The notes under the pieces were generated by a model. That model ran no database searches and had not been told where the DNA came from. It was given only the letters and a program-made list of their open reading frames with translations. Of a stretch of 64,000 nucleotides of DNA, positions 62,072 through 64,000 are shown one piece after another. The stretch is from the NCBI GenBank assembly GCA_030390025.1, contig JASTWF010000366.1, forward strand, positions 248,001-312,000, written 5' to 3'. The translations under genes and the position numbers were made by a program. Positions within the stretch are counted from its first letter, which is position 1; every line of letters starts with the position of its first letter. Source of the stretch: Squalus acanthias (taxonomy: Eukaryota).

Positions 62072-64000
62072 ACATAAGAAATAGGAGCAGGAGTAGGCCA
62101 ATCGGCCCCTCGAGCCTGCTCCGCCATTCAATAAGATCATGGCTGATCTGATCCTAACCGCCAATCTACTATCTACTATCACAGAACCATCTCCTGCATC
62201 TAACAGAATTGCACACACGAAATAGGAGCAGAATCAGGCTACACGGTCCCTGGGCCCGCTCCACTACCCACAGGGCCATGACCGATCCGAACCTAGACTC
62301 ATGTCCAAATTCCTGCCCGCTCCCCGTAACCCTTAATGCACTTTACTTCTAGGAAACTGTCTATTTCTGTTTTAAATTTAATTAATGTTGTAGCTTCTAC
62401 AGCTTTTTGTGGCAGCATATTCCATGGACCTACCACCCTCTGAGTGAAGTAGTTCCTCCTCATCTCAGTTTTGAAAGAGCAGCCCCTTATTCTAAGACTA
62501 TGTCCCCTAGTTCTAGTCTCACCCGTCATCGGGAACATCCTCCCCGCATCCACCCGATCCAACCCCTTCACAATCTTATATGTTTCAATAAGATCGCCTC
62601 TCATTCTTCTGAACTCCAATGAGTAGAGTCCCAATCTACCCAACCTCTCCTCATATGACCACCCCCTCATCCCCGGGATTAACCGAGTGAACCTTTTTTG
62701 CACTGCCTCGAGAGCAAGGATGTCTTTCCTTAAGTAAGGACACCAAAACTGTATGCAGTATTCCAGGTGCGGTCTCACCAATACCTTATACAACTGAAGC
62801 AATACCTCCCTATTTTTATATTCTATCCCCCTAGCAATGAAAGCCAACATTCCATTTGCCTTCTTAATCACTTGCTGCACCTGCATACTAACCTTTTGAG
62901 TTTCATGCACCAGGACCCCCAGATCCCTTTGCACTTCAGTACTCTCCAGTTTCTTGCCATTAAGATAATAAATTGCTCTAGGATTTTTCCTGCCAAAGTG
63001 CATCACCTCACACTTTCCAGTGTTGTATTCCATCTGCCAAATCTCTGCCCACTTACTTAGCCTGTCTATGTCCCCTTGCAGGTTTTTTATGTCCTCCTCA
63101 CTCACTACTTTCCCTCCCATCTTTGTATCATCTGCAAATTTTGATATGTTACACTTGGTCCCTTCCTCCAAATCGTTAATATAGATTGTGAAGAGTTGGG
63201 GACCCGGCACTGACCCCTGTGGAACACCACTAGTTACTGATTGCCAGTCTGAGAATGAACCATTTATCCCAACTCTTTGCTTTCTGTTAGATAGCCAATC
63301 CTCTATCCATGCCAGAATATTACCCCCAATCCCGTGATTTTTTACCTTAAGCAATAATCTTTTGTGTGGCACCTTGTCAAATGCATTTTGGAAGTCTAAA
63401 TACACTACGTCCACTGGTTCCCCTTTATCCACTCTATATGTTACTTCCTCAAAGAACTCCAGCAAATTTGTCAAACATGACTTCCCCTTCGTAAAACCAT
63501 GCTGACTTTGTCCTATTAAATTATGATTATCCAAATGTCCTGTTACTGTTTCCTTAATAATGGACTCCAAAATTTTACCTACCACAGATGTTAGGCTAAC
63601 CGGTCTATAGTTACCAGCCTTCTGTCTACTGCCCTTTTTAAATAAGGGTGTTACATTAGCAGTTTTCCAGTCTGCCGGGACCTTAGCGGAATCCAGGGAG
63701 TTTTGAAAAATTATTACCAATGCATCTACAATCCCTACCGCCACTTCCTTCAAGACTCTAGGATGTAAGCCATCAGGTCCAGGTGATTTATCCGCCTTGA
63801 GTCCCATTATTTTACCGAGTACCACTTCCTTAGTGATTTTGATCGTGTTTAGCTCCTCTCCCCCTATAGCCCCCTGTTTGTCCAGTGTTGGGATATTCTT
63901 AGTGTCCTCTACTGTAAAGACTGATACAAAATATTCATTCAGTGTTTTTGCCATCTCCATATTTCCCACCATTAATTTCCCGGTCTCATCCTCTAAGGGA
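62072..64000 (-). mobile_element. Young CR1 LINE running off the window end
   Basis: 3' tail ACATAAGAAATAGGAGCAGGAGTAGGCC at 62072. Long uninterrupted ORF2. Confidence 0.93.
62299..63999 (-). CDS. CR1 ORF2 reverse transcriptase, partial; frame is open to the window edge
   Basis: 557-aa ORF with NYRPVSLTSVVGK, YLDFQNAFDKVPH, GVPQGSV, YINDL and FADDTK. The upstream codons PLEDETGKL are also open. Confidence 0.85.
   Translation of the reverse strand, partial: PLEDETGKLMVGNMEMAKTLNEYFVSVFTVEDTKNIPTLDKQGAIGGEELNTIKITKEVVLGKIMGLKADKSPGPDGLHPRVLKEVAVGIVDALVIIFQNSLDSAKVPADWKTANVTPLFKKGSRQKAGNYRPVSLTSVVGKILESIIKETVTGHLDNHNLIGQSQHGFTKGKSCLTNLLEFFEEVTYRVDKGEPVDVVYLDFQNAFDKVPHKRLLLKVKNHGIGGNILAWIEDWLSNRKQRVGINGSFSDWQSVTSGVPQGSVPGPQLFTIYINDLEEGTKCNISKFADDTKMGGKVVSEEDIKNLQGDIDRLSKWAEIWQMEYNTGKCEVMHFGRKNPRAIYYLNGKKLESTEVQRDLGVLVHETQKVSMQVQQVIKKANGMLAFIARGIEYKNREVLLQLYKVLVRPHLEYCIQFWCPYLRKDILALEAVQKRFTRLIPGMRGWSYEERLGRLGLYSLEFRRMRGDLIETYKIVKGLDRVDAGRMFPMTGETRTRGHSLRIRGCSFKTEMRRNYFTQRVVGPWNMLPQKAVEATTLIKFKTEIDSFLEVKCIKGYGERAGIWT

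Noticed and set aside
53948..64000. DOCK7 exon 3 or a nested ANGPTL gene
   Set aside because: No VPLTEAVDP-like or angiopoietin-like coding sequence was seen. They presumably lie beyond the window.

Overview
Eukaryotic, repeat-dominated vertebrate DNA. The repeat repertoire (CR1 and L2 LINEs, a Deu-type tRNA SINE, Penelope-derived short elements, a Harbinger relic) suggests a cartilaginous fish; this is inference. About 44 kb (~5.0-49.15 kb) is one head-to-tail minisatellite, unit ~28-38 bp, consensus CCGGTGTATTACGGTAGAGGGCCC(CT)n. It has nested higher-order duplications up to 7542 bp and a 400-bp TA-targeted Tigger/pogo-like MITE near its right end. The array runs to within ~60 bp of the start codon of a DOCK7-like gene, whose first two coding exons (49206-49243 and 53845-53947, + strand) are the only host-gene sequence found. 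The flanks and introns contain decayed and young retroelements, including two ~100-bp hammerhead-motif inserts with target-site duplications. The many ORFs predicted inside the array are translation artefacts.
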